Source: Rhodospirillaceae bacterium (GTDB lineage: Bacteria; Pseudomonadota; Alphaproteobacteria; Rhodospirillales; Rhodospirillaceae). Taken from it: a DNA stretch of 51,662 bases. The translations under genes and the position numbers were made by a program. Positions 9,119 through 17,558 of this stretch are shown piece by piece (position 1 is the stretch's first letter; the number at the start of each line of letters is the position of its first letter). The stretch is from contig JAEUKM010000271.1 in assembly GCA_016793085.1 (NCBI GenBank), positions 1-51,662 of the forward strand. The letters run 5' to 3'. The notes under the pieces were generated by a model. That model searched no databases. It saw nothing but the letters and a program-made list of their open reading frames with translations, and was not told the origin of the DNA.

Positions 9119-9898
9119 TTAGAAGGTTTCGGCCAAGCGGCCGAACCCTCTGAGTTTGTCGTCAATCCCTAGGGCCCTTAAGCCCGCCCAGTAGGTAACG
9201 GTATTGACCGTCAATACGGGTTTATTGATGCGCCGCTCCATGTCGGCCACCAGGCGCGCCATGGCCGAGTTGGTGCCCACCTTGATGATGCACTCCACGC
9301 CCGCCACGTTGATCTCATCAACGGTCCGGTTCAAGAGCTCCGCATCGGCGGTAGCGATATCAAGCGGGGTTGGATGCTGCAGGCCCTTGATGGCCAGCAC
9401 ATTATACCCGCAACTTTTGAAAAAGGCCGCGCAGGCTTCATCGGCGGGCGGCATCCATGGCGTCATGATACCGAGGTTCTTGGGGCGGCCCAAACATTCC
9501 AGTGCTTTCAGAATCGCAAAGGACGGCAACATGACGGGCACGCCGCCACTGACGGTTTCCATGTGCTTTTTCATGGTTTCGGCCGCGGCAACGCCGCCGA
9601 CGAAAGAATCCACTGAGTGTCCGTGGACGATGATGTTGGGTTCCATGGCCGTCAGAAGGTCGATGGCCGCATCCATGTCAACCGACTTGCCCAGGAATTT
9701 TTTATAAAGCTCCAGATCGTGCGCGGGGCGCTTCACGCGGCTCATGCGCGAAACATGGTTGGTAACCCCCGGCGGCTGCATCGAGGCCATTTCGGGTTCG
9801 ACAATGGTGTTGGAGGCCGGAACGAGAATGCCGATCTTCGCGCGATGCCCAAGGACATCTGGTTTTCGCGAAGTGCTTTTATTCGGGGTGTTCGTCAC
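9119..9898 (-). CDS. Asp/Glu/hydantoin racemase superfamily protein (maleate isomerase / arylmalonate decarboxylase-like)
   Basis: KIGILVPASNTIVEPEM..., GIMTPW, and KPVLTVNTVTYWAGLRALG resemble the maleate cis-trans isomerase family. The track start at 9928 is TTG. I prefer the GTG at 9896-9898 with GGAG 8 nt upstream, but the start is uncertain. Confidence 0.75.
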   Translation of the reverse strand: MTNTPNKSTSRKPDVLGHRAKIGILVPASNTIVEPEMASMQPPGVTNHVSRMSRVKRPAHDLELYKKFLGKSVDMDAAIDLLTAMEPNIIVHGHSVDSFVGGVAAAETMKKHMETVSGGVPVMLPSFAILKALECLGRPKNLGIMTPWMPPADEACAAFFKSCGYNVLAIKGLQHPTPLDIATADAELLNRTVDEINVAGVECIIKVGTNSAMARLVADMERRINKPVLTVNTVTYWAGLRALGIDDKLRGFGRLAETF

Positions 9899-10099
9899 GG
9901 GCAACGCTCCATGGCAGGCAAGGCGCAAGGCCAGGTTGTCTTTTTCCTATCACCGCGGCTTAAGACCGCCCTTGATTCAACGCAAGATCGGATCGGGCCA
10001 GCAAGCGCATCGTGGACAAGCCCATCATGGACAAGTGCGATCCGGGCTGAAATGCTGACGCCATCCCAGTTGAGCGATACGCAAGAATAAGGACGTCCG

Positions 10100-11413
10100 A
10101 TGACCGCCCCCTCTTCTGCCGCGCCATGGCCCTCGCCTGCGCGCGCCTGGTTTGTGGTCGCCGTCCTCAGCATCGCCAATCTGTTCTCGTTCCTCGACCG
10201 TACGGTGCTCAATTTATTGGTGGCCCCGATCAAAGCCGACCTGTTGCTGACGGACACCCAGATCGGGCTGCTGCAAGGGGCGGCCTTCGGCGTGTTCTAC
10301 ACCCTGATGATCCTGCCCTTCGGCTGGGTGGCCGATAACGGCAACCGCGTGCGGCTGGTGGGATTGGGCCTGGCCTTCTGGTCCATCATGACGGCGATGT
10401 GCGGTTTGGCGGGATCGTTCACGGAACTGTTCCTGGCGCGCATCGGTGTTGGCTTCGGCGAGGCGACCCTGGCCGCCGCCGGAGCCTCGATCATCAGCGA
10501 CTACTTCACCGCCAAAAGCCGCACCCTGCCCTTGAGCGTGCTGACCATGGTCGCCTCCACCGGTGCAGGCGTGGCGCTCATGGCTGGCGGCCTGGTGGGC
10601 GGAGCGGTGATGCAAAGCAGCGCCATGACTGTGCCGCTGCTGGGCGATCTCAAACCCTGGCAGGTGGTGTTCCTGTCGGTGGGGTTGCCGGGCCTGGTAT
10701 GGAGCCTGTTGTTCCTTTTGGTGCGCGAGCCCGAACGCCGCGAGGTGGCCGCCGACGCCGCTACGTGGGCCGAGCTATTCAAGTTCGTACGCACGCGCTT
10801 TGCCGTGATCGGCCTGCATTTCGGCGGTTACTGTTTCTACAACACGTTTGGATATGGCGCGGCGGGCTGGCTGCCGGTGTATTTCATGCGCGCCCATGGC
10901 TGGAGCCTGACCGATGTCGGATTACGGTACGGATTGGTCTATTTCATCTTCGCCATTGTCGGCGGCTTGGCCGGCGGCGCGGTGGCCAAGATGTTCATGG
11001 CGCAAGGCCGGGCCAACGCCAATTTACTGGCCATCGCGGTCGGCAACGGGCTCACGGTATTTCCCGCCGTCTTGACCACACAGATGCCGGACGGATGGCT
11101 CAGCCTGGCCTTGGCCGCGCCCCTGATCATTCTGTTGGTGTTCCCTTCGGGCCCTTCGCTGGCGACGATTCAGGAGATCACGCCCAACCGGCTGCGCGGG
11201 CGCATGACGGCGCTTTACTATGCGGTGACGAACTTGGTGGGCATTTCCCTGGGCGCGCTGTTGATCGGCCTTCTGACGGACTATGTCTTCCGCGATGAAA
11301 TGGCCGTGGGATCGTCCATTTCACTCGCGGGCCTGCTGCTCTGCCCCACGGGCGCGTTCATCATCTATCTGGCCGCGCGGGCCAGATTGAAGTTGGAGAA
11401 AGCGGGCGCTTAG
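10100..11413 (+). CDS. MFS transporter
   Basis: 437 aa, about 12 TM segments. N-terminal SIANLFSFLDRTVLNLLVAPIKADL is typical of the Spinster-like MFS subgroup. RBS AAGGA. Confidence 0.9.
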   Translation: MTAPSSAAPWPSPARAWFVVAVLSIANLFSFLDRTVLNLLVAPIKADLLLTDTQIGLLQGAAFGVFYTLMILPFGWVADNGNRVRLVGLGLAFWSIMTAMCGLAGSFTELFLARIGVGFGEATLAAAGASIISDYFTAKSRTLPLSVLTMVASTGAGVALMAGGLVGGAVMQSSAMTVPLLGDLKPWQVVFLSVGLPGLVWSLLFLLVREPERREVAADAATWAELFKFVRTRFAVIGLHFGGYCFYNTFGYGAAGWLPVYFMRAHGWSLTDVGLRYGLVYFIFAIVGGLAGGAVAKMFMAQGRANANLLAIAVGNGLTVFPAVLTTQMPDGWLSLALAAPLIILLVFPSGPSLATIQEITPNRLRGRMTALYYAVTNLVGISLGALLIGLLTDYVFRDEMAVGSSISLAGLLLCPTGAFIIYLAARARLKLEKAGA

Positions 11414-12033
11414 TGCGTCTCGGCCGCGAACAGCGCCACATCGAAAATGCCCGTCCCTTCGCGCAAGGGCTTGGCGTCCTTCTGGTAGGCGTCGGAGTTC
11501 CAGAATTTATTGGCGGCGTCCATTGAGGGCCAGGCCGACAGCACAAGACGCACGCGGCTCAAATACTGGCCTTCCAGCATCTTCACCGGCGCCCCGCGGA
11601 CCAGGTAACGCCCGCCGAATTGCGTCACCAACGCACCGGCTGCCTTGGCATAAGCCCCGAATTTTTCCGCAGCACCACCAAGTTGCGCGATCACCAGCAT
11701 GTAGACTTCATCGGGGGCGGGAGCGGGGGCGGGCTCGCCGTCGCCGTTGAACAGGCCGATGTCGTTCACTGCCGTGCCGACGCGGTTGGGCCGCACCTCT
11801 TTCTGGTAAACGTCGGAGAACCAGAACTTCTCGGCGGCCTCCACGCTGTCCCAGCGCGAGATGACATTGCGCTGGCGCGGCAGCCACTGGCCTTCCAGCA
11901 CCTGGGCGGGTACGCCGCGCGCGAGATACCGCCCGCCGAAGGACGTGGCCACATCGGTGACGCGGCCCCGGTAGGCGCCAATACTGGCTTCGTAATCGGT
12001 GGCGTGGTTATTGGCGATGATATAGCTCGGCAT
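11410..12033 (-). CDS. tandem DUF1330 domain protein
   Basis: Two DUF1330-like halves, each with ...GGRYL(A/V)RG...LEGQ(W/Y)L...W(D/P)S(V/M)(E/D)AA.KFW.SD.YQK. ATG at 12031-12033. Convergent 4-nt overlap with the MFS gene. Confidence 0.85.
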   Translation of the reverse strand: MPSYIIANNHATDYEASIGAYRGRVTDVATSFGGRYLARGVPAQVLEGQWLPRQRNVISRWDSVEAAEKFWFSDVYQKEVRPNRVGTAVNDIGLFNGDGEPAPAPAPDEVYMLVIAQLGGAAEKFGAYAKAAGALVTQFGGRYLVRGAPVKMLEGQYLSRVRLVLSAWPSMDAANKFWNSDAYQKDAKPLREGTGIFDVALFAAETH

Positions 12034-12085
12034 CACACGTGCTCCCTGAACGCCGCAGGCGCACGATTGAGAAACCCGCGGGTGT

Positions 12086-12577
12086 TTATTCTTTGATGTC
12101 GTCGAAAGACGGAATCAGGACCGTATCGATGACATGAATGACCCCGTTGTCGGCGATCAGGTCCGATCTGACAATCTTCGCGCCGGCGATTTTTGGCTGT
12201 GTCCGCGCGTCGAGCAGGATGGCATCGCCCGCCAGCGGAATGGCCTCGAGCCGCTTGCCCGCGTAATCGCGCGACAGCACCAGACCGCCCAGCATGTGAT
12301 GGCGTAAAAGTTTGTTCAGCTTGTCGCGGTTGTGGGGCTGCATTAGGTCGGTGACGGCGGCCTTGGGCAGTTTCAGGAACGCCTCATCCGTCGGCGCGAA
12401 GATGGTGTAGGGCCCCTCGGCCATCAGCACTTCGTTCAAGCCCGCTACCTCGAGGGCCTGAAGAAGCTGCTTGAAGGAGCCTGCGTCCTTGGCGGTATCC
12501 ACCAGATTGCGCGCCTGAACCGCGCCGGCCCAGAGCCCCGACACCAGAACCGCAAGGACCGCCCACTTCCGACTCAT
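12086..12577 (-). CDS. fasciclin (FAS1) domain protein, secreted
   Basis: Signal peptide MSRKWAVLAVLVSGLWAGAVQA. FAS1 motifs GPYTIFAPTDEAF and NGVIHVIDTVLIP. ATG at 12575-12577. Confidence 0.85.
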   Translation of the reverse strand: MSRKWAVLAVLVSGLWAGAVQARNLVDTAKDAGSFKQLLQALEVAGLNEVLMAEGPYTIFAPTDEAFLKLPKAAVTDLMQPHNRDKLNKLLRHHMLGGLVLSRDYAGKRLEAIPLAGDAILLDARTQPKIAGAKIVRSDLIADNGVIHVIDTVLIPSFDDIKE

Positions 12578-12727
12578 ACCGCACACCTAAACTGACTGAG
12601 ACCCAAACCTACGGGGCTTAACCCGTTTTAAAGCTTGGGCCGCACCTTACCCGAGCCAGTCGATTTGCCCAGGCCAGCGTCCCGGCCAGGATCTGGCCGT
12701 CGTTTCGGTCGACCACGCCAGTAAAAT

Positions 12728-12737
12728 TGTATATACA
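12728..12737. promoter_or_regulatory. perfect palindrome TGTATATACA directly upstream of the marR start (candidate operator)
   Basis: 10-bp perfect palindrome in an AT-rich island. It sits 6 nt before the marR ATG (12744) and in the divergent region shared with the fasciclin gene. A second copy lies at 13205-13214. Confidence 0.55.
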
Positions 12738-12743
12738 CTAATT

Positions 12744-13190
12744 ATGGTTAGTAACCCCGGCACAATCATCGAAGTTTGCCTGGCTTTGCACCTGCGCCGG
12801 GCCACCCGCCGGCTGACCCGCCTTTACGACAAGGCCCTGGCCCCCTACGGCCTGGATACCAGCCAGTTCAACCTGCTTAGCGTGATCGCGGCCCTGGAGG
12901 CCGCGCCGCTGACGACGGTGGCGGAAATCCTGGATGTGGACCCTTCGACCCTCAGCCGCACGCTGAAACCCCTGAAGGCACAGAATCTCCTGCAAATAAA
13001 GGGCGGACGGGGCCGCGGCGGCCTGACCATCAAGTTGACGCTGCAAGGCAACGACACCTACAACGCCGCCAGTACGGCCTGGAAAAGCGCGCAAGGTCAA
13101 ACGACAGCGATCATTGGCGAAACCCAGGTCGGCCGGCTGCTCGATCTGTTGGACAATCTGGCCTTTTCCGGGCGCCAACCTGTGGAATAA
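12744..13190 (+). CDS. MarR family transcriptional regulator
   Basis: 148 aa. LRRATRRLTRLYDKALAPYGL..SQFNLL..., then a winged-HTH region ...VAEILDVDPSTLSRTLKPLKAQNLL. Confidence 0.85.
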   Translation: MVSNPGTIIEVCLALHLRRATRRLTRLYDKALAPYGLDTSQFNLLSVIAALEAAPLTTVAEILDVDPSTLSRTLKPLKAQNLLQIKGGRGRGGLTIKLTLQGNDTYNAASTAWKSAQGQTTAIIGETQVGRLLDLLDNLAFSGRQPVE

Positions 13191-13204
13191 GGCAGCCAAA
13201 TTAA

Positions 13205-13214
13205 TGTATATACA
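13205..13214. promoter_or_regulatory. second copy of palindrome TGTATATACA, downstream of marR and upstream of the cNMP/TPR gene
   Basis: Identical 10-bp palindrome. Flanks match the first copy in inverted orientation (TTGTATATACAYTAATT, 16/17). Confidence 0.5.
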
Positions 13215-13375
13215 AAATACTTCAAAGTTATCCCAGGAAAGCCGGGGATAAATTGCCCCCATAGCCTTGGTTCCACAGGGACCGGACCCAGGCCCCGCTT
13301 CCTCGCTCGATTAAGGGGTTTTTAAGCGTGGGCCGTTAACCATTCACCCTCAACCTCTATCGGCCGCAGAAGCGG

Positions 13376-15367
13376 GTGCGTGGGGATCAGACGGTGAAGA
13401 CGGCAACAAAAACCTTCAAAGACGGCGAACTGATTTACGCCCGCGGTGATGAAAGCCGCTGGGCCTTCGAACTGCTTGAAGGTTCGGTCGAGATCATCGG
13501 CCAAGGCAACGACGGCGGCGATGACGGCCCCAAGGTGCTGGCGCGCCTGAAGGCCGGCGAGATGTTCGGCGAGATGGGCGTGATCGACGCGAGCCCCCGC
13601 ACCAACACCGCGCGCGCGCGCGGGCAAGTGACCGTCAGGGCCATCGGCAAAGATGAATTCCTCAAACGTGTGGAGTCCGACCCCAACACCGCGCTGAAGG
13701 TGATGACCAAGCTGGCCAAACGGATGCGCGGCCAGGAAGGCTCGCTAATCCCGGCTGAGGTCTGGCGCGAAACCACCGCCAAGCTGCCCGTGCCGCTGGA
13801 CACAGGCGTGAACGTGACGCCCACACCGCGTCTGGGCCGCGCCATTCCGCCCAACCTGATCGGCGAGCGCAAATCCAATCTGTTCGAGCGCCTGCTCGAT
13901 ACGGTGGTGAAGGACAAGACCCGCCGCCCCGGCAAGAAGGCCAAGGCGCCGACCCCCGGCGACATTCAAATCCTCGTCTGCCTGATCCGCGACGACTACG
14001 AGAACATGCAGCGCAAACTGCTGGTGGAAGCCTTAAGCGGCATCCCCGGCGTGCGCGTGGAAATGATCGAGCGCGAGTTCAGCCGCTTCGTGCCCGGCGT
14101 CACCGACGCCAACGCCTTCAACAACGACGATACGGTGAAGCGCATCAACCGCGAGGGCCGCGCCTGGCTGGCCGAGCGCAACGCCGACCTGTTGATCTGG
14201 GGCCAGATGGAGCCCACGGGCCGCAACACCGAGCTGCATTTCGTCACCGTGGCCTCGAGCCCCGGCGAACGCCCTGGCCGCTTCACGGTCTTGAACACGC
14301 TGTACCTGCCCATCGACTTCTACAACGAGTGGCAGCCACTGATCCGTGCCTGCGTGCTGGCGGCCATCGATCCGCGCAGCTTCGCGCAAGGGCGGATTTT
14401 GCGCTCTGCCCTGCCCGCCGTGGCCCAAGGCGGCCGCGCGCTGGGGCTTGACCCATCGGCGGCCATGGAAGCTCACGAACGCGCCGCCATTCTGTTCTGC
14501 TACGGCAATGCGGCTGCATTGTGCGCGCAGCTGGAAGGCGACCGCGCCTGGTACCAGACCGCTGCCGATGCCTGGCGCATGGCGATCGATCTCTACGGCA
14601 ACGCCGACAGCGCCGTATTGGGCCAGCTCTATCAGCAGCTGGGCCTGGTGTTGCAGATCATCGCCGAGCGCACCAACGACACCGACACCCTGGAAAACGC
14701 TGCCGACGCCTACCGCCGCGCGCTGGTGCATATCTCGCGCCGCAAGCAGCCTGCCGACTGGGGCCTGATGAAGTACCGGCTTGGGTGTGTTCTTTATAAG
14801 ATCGACATGGCCGCGGGCGACGACAATGCGTTGCGCGAGGCCATCCACGCCTGCCAATCGGCGCGCCAGGTGTTCAACCGCTATACGCACCCCATTCGTT
14901 GGTCGGAAATTTCCAACACGCTGGCGCAGATCCTGCAGGTGTACGGTGACAACGCGCGCAGTGTTCCCGTTTTGGAATACGCCGTGAAGTGCTGTGCCGC
15001 CGCCCTTCAGGTGCGCACGCCCGACACAGCACCCCTGCAATGGGCCGCCATTCAGAACACTCTGGGCTCGGCTTTGTTCCTCTTGGCCAAGCACACCGGC
15101 GAGTGGGAATACATGCGCCAGTCCTCGGATGCATTCCGCTACGCGCTGACGATTTACAAAGACCACGGCGCGGGAAAGATGGCGATTATCACCGAGCGCA
15201 ACCTGCACCGCGCCGAAAAGCAGATTCAGACCTCCGCCGAGAAGCATGTGGTGGAGCCCGTTTGGGCCCAGAGCTTCAACGTCTCCGAGCCCGAGTTCGA
15301 CGACGGCATCTCGCCGTTCCTGAACGGCTTTGACGACGAAACCGACGGCATCAGCCGCGTCGCCTAA
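13376..15367 (+). CDS. cyclic nucleotide-binding domain protein with a C-terminal TPR-like repeat region
   Basis: The N-terminal ~120 aa form a cNMP-binding fold (GELIYARGD..., FGEMGVIDASPRTNTARA phosphate-binding-cassette-like). The C-terminal ~300 aa show the repeated P..W...Q/K..LG..L / A..AYR.AL pattern of TPR_10/12-type repeats. The track start 13376 is GTG. An in-frame GTG at 13394 has a GGGGA RBS and may be the real start. Confidence 0.8.
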   Translation: MRGDQTVKTATKTFKDGELIYARGDESRWAFELLEGSVEIIGQGNDGGDDGPKVLARLKAGEMFGEMGVIDASPRTNTARARGQVTVRAIGKDEFLKRVESDPNTALKVMTKLAKRMRGQEGSLIPAEVWRETTAKLPVPLDTGVNVTPTPRLGRAIPPNLIGERKSNLFERLLDTVVKDKTRRPGKKAKAPTPGDIQILVCLIRDDYENMQRKLLVEALSGIPGVRVEMIEREFSRFVPGVTDANAFNNDDTVKRINREGRAWLAERNADLLIWGQMEPTGRNTELHFVTVASSPGERPGRFTVLNTLYLPIDFYNEWQPLIRACVLAAIDPRSFAQGRILRSALPAVAQGGRALGLDPSAAMEAHERAAILFCYGNAAALCAQLEGDRAWYQTAADAWRMAIDLYGNADSAVLGQLYQQLGLVLQIIAERTNDTDTLENAADAYRRALVHISRRKQPADWGLMKYRLGCVLYKIDMAAGDDNALREAIHACQSARQVFNRYTHPIRWSEISNTLAQILQVYGDNARSVPVLEYAVKCCAAALQVRTPDTAPLQWAAIQNTLGSALFLLAKHTGEWEYMRQSSDAFRYALTIYKDHGAGKMAIITERNLHRAEKQIQTSAEKHVVEPVWAQSFNVSEPEFDDGISPFLNGFDDETDGISRVA

Positions 15368-15411
15368 CACGGCGCATTGACCCGGATTGCGCGGCCGGTC
15401 ATCGTTCAGCG

Positions 15412-16071
15412 ATGACCGGCCCTTCGCGTTTCAGCACGCAAGCACATCTGCCCATCGCTGCCGTTCTGGCGGGCGGGGCCGGTGAACGCATGAAAAACGC
15501 GCGCCTGAACAAAGGGCCTAAGCCGCTTGTTCTGCTGAACGGGCTTGCGCTGATCGGCCACGTCATCAATGCCGTGACGCCGCAAGTGCGCGGCATGGTG
15601 CTGGTCTTACGCAGCCCCGAACCCTGGGCCGATCAATTCAAGCTGCGCGTTGTTACCGACGATATTCCAGACGCCGGGCCTGCGGCTGGCGTGGCCACCG
15701 TGCTGAGTGCGCTGCAATCGGAAACGGACCTTGTCCTGACAGCGCCCGCCGATTGCCCGTTCCTGCCGGATGATCTGTCAGCGCGGCTGCAAGATGCGCT
15801 GACCCCCGGCGCCGACATTGCGGTGGCCGCGTCCGGCGGGCAGCGGCATCATTTGGCGGCGCTGTGGCGCACACGCATTGCCCCCGACGTAACCCGGGCC
15901 GTGGCGCTGGGCCTTCATGCCGTCCACGACCTGCAAAGCCGCTTTAAGGTGGCCGAGGCCGTCTGGTCTGCCGCACCGCACGATCCTTTTTTCAATATCA
16001 ACACGCCGGATGACTTGACCCGGGCCGAAGCGATTTGCTCCCATCGGCGCGGGGGAAATAAAGCCAAATGA
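15412..16071 (+). CDS. mobA: molybdenum cofactor guanylyltransferase
   Basis: IAAVLAGGAGERM...KPL motif of the MobA NTP-transferase fold, DL.L..P.DCPFLP, and NINTPDDL near the C-terminus. ATGA overlap with glpK. Confidence 0.8.
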   Translation: MTGPSRFSTQAHLPIAAVLAGGAGERMKNARLNKGPKPLVLLNGLALIGHVINAVTPQVRGMVLVLRSPEPWADQFKLRVVTDDIPDAGPAAGVATVLSALQSETDLVLTAPADCPFLPDDLSARLQDALTPGADIAVAASGGQRHHLAALWRTRIAPDVTRAVALGLHAVHDLQSRFKVAEAVWSAAPHDPFFNINTPDDLTRAEAICSHRRGGNKAK

Positions 16072-17558
16072 GCAAAAGACGAATTCTGGCTATCGACCAG
16101 GGCACGACATCCACCCGCGCGGTGATGTTCGACGATCACGCCAAGCCCCTGGCCACGGCGCAAGTTCCACTGCCGCAGATTTATCCGCGTGACGGCTGGG
16201 TCGAGCACGACCCTGAGGAAATCTGGGCCGCCACAGTTAAGGTTTGCCACGATGTGATCGCGCATACGGGCGGCATTACGGGTGTGGCCGCCATCGGCAT
16301 CACCAATCAGCGCGAAACGAGCGTGGTGTGGAACCGCGCCACCGGCAAACCTATTCACAACGCCATTGTGTGGCAGGACCGGCGCGGAGCGCCGCAATGC
16401 GATGAGCTACGGGCGCGGGGAGCCGACAAGATTATTCAGGCCAAGACCGGGCTGGTGATCGATTCCTATTTTTCGGCGACAAAAATTTCCTGGCTGCTGG
16501 ACCATGTGCCCGGCGCGCGCGCGGCTGCCGAGAAGGGTGAACTGGCCTTCGGCACCATCGACACATTTCTGCTGTGGCGGTTGACGGGTGGGGCCAGTCA
16601 TGCAACGGACGCCACTAACGCCTCGCGCACCATGCTGTACGACATTCATGCCGGCGCGTGGGACATGGAGTTGTTGAACCTGTTCAACGTGCCCGCGTCC
16701 ATCTTGCCCACCGTGAAAAACACAGTGGATGATTTTGGCGCGACCACGCCCAATCTGTTCGGCGCAGGCATACCCATCAAGGCGCTGGTGGGCGATCAGC
16801 AGTCGGCCCTGGTGGGGCAGGCGGGCTTCCGCGAAGGCTTGATCAAATGCACCTACGGCACCGGCTGCTTTGTGCTGATCAACACCGGGACAAAAGCGTT
16901 CCCGTCGAAAAACAAACTGCTGACCACGATTGCCTACAAACTCGACGGCAAAACCACCTATGCCCTGGAAGGCAGCGTGTTCAACGCCGGCACGGCGGTG
17001 CAGTGGCTGCGCGATCAACTCAAATTGTTCGGCACGGCGGCTGAAAGCGAAGCCATGGCCAAAAGTGCGGCGGGCACGGGGCGCACATTCTTCGTGCCCG
17101 CCTTCACCGGCTTGGGCGCACCCCACTGGGACCCCGACGCGCGCGGCGCGATTTTGGGCATCACGCGCGACACATCGGCGGCGGACATCGTGCGCGCCGC
17201 ACTGGAAGGCGTGTGCCTGCAAACGCAAGACTTGCTGGCAACGTTCATGGCTGATGGCGTTGCCGCCCCCGCCGTGTTGCGGGTCGACGGCGGCATGTCG
17301 GCGAACAACTGGATGATGCAGTTCCTGGCAGATGTGTCGGGCCTGGTGGTGGAGCGCCCGGCCTACCGCGAAACGACGGTGCTGGGGGCCGCGTTCCTGG
17401 CGGGCCTGGGGGTGGGGCTTTTCGCCTCATTAACCGATGTCGAGTCGGCCTGGAGCCGCGATTTTATGGCAACCCCCGCCATGACGCCCGCAGCGCGGCA
17501 GTCCGTCTTGCGCGGCTGGGCCGAGGCCGTGCGGCGCGTGCGCGGGCCCATCCCTTAG
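16068..17558 (+). CDS. glpK: glycerol kinase
   Basis: ILAIDQGTTSTRAV, GITNQRETSVVWN, IVWQDRR, GDQQSALVGQ, YGTGCF and VDGGMSANNWMMQF are all canonical GlpK motifs. Confidence 0.95.
   Translation: MSKRRILAIDQGTTSTRAVMFDDHAKPLATAQVPLPQIYPRDGWVEHDPEEIWAATVKVCHDVIAHTGGITGVAAIGITNQRETSVVWNRATGKPIHNAIVWQDRRGAPQCDELRARGADKIIQAKTGLVIDSYFSATKISWLLDHVPGARAAAEKGELAFGTIDTFLLWRLTGGASHATDATNASRTMLYDIHAGAWDMELLNLFNVPASILPTVKNTVDDFGATTPNLFGAGIPIKALVGDQQSALVGQAGFREGLIKCTYGTGCFVLINTGTKAFPSKNKLLTTIAYKLDGKTTYALEGSVFNAGTAVQWLRDQLKLFGTAAESEAMAKSAAGTGRTFFVPAFTGLGAPHWDPDARGAILGITRDTSAADIVRAALEGVCLQTQDLLATFMADGVAAPAVLRVDGGMSANNWMMQFLADVSGLVVERPAYRETTVLGAAFLAGLGVGLFASLTDVESAWSRDFMATPAMTPAARQSVLRGWAEAVRRVRGPIP

Noticed and set aside
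14033-15370. 445-aa ORF on the minus strand, antisense to the cNMP/TPR gene
   Set aside because: It is Arg/Gly/Ala/Val-rich with no recognisable motif and lies fully inside a gene that has clear domain content. This is the typical open antisense frame of high-GC DNA.
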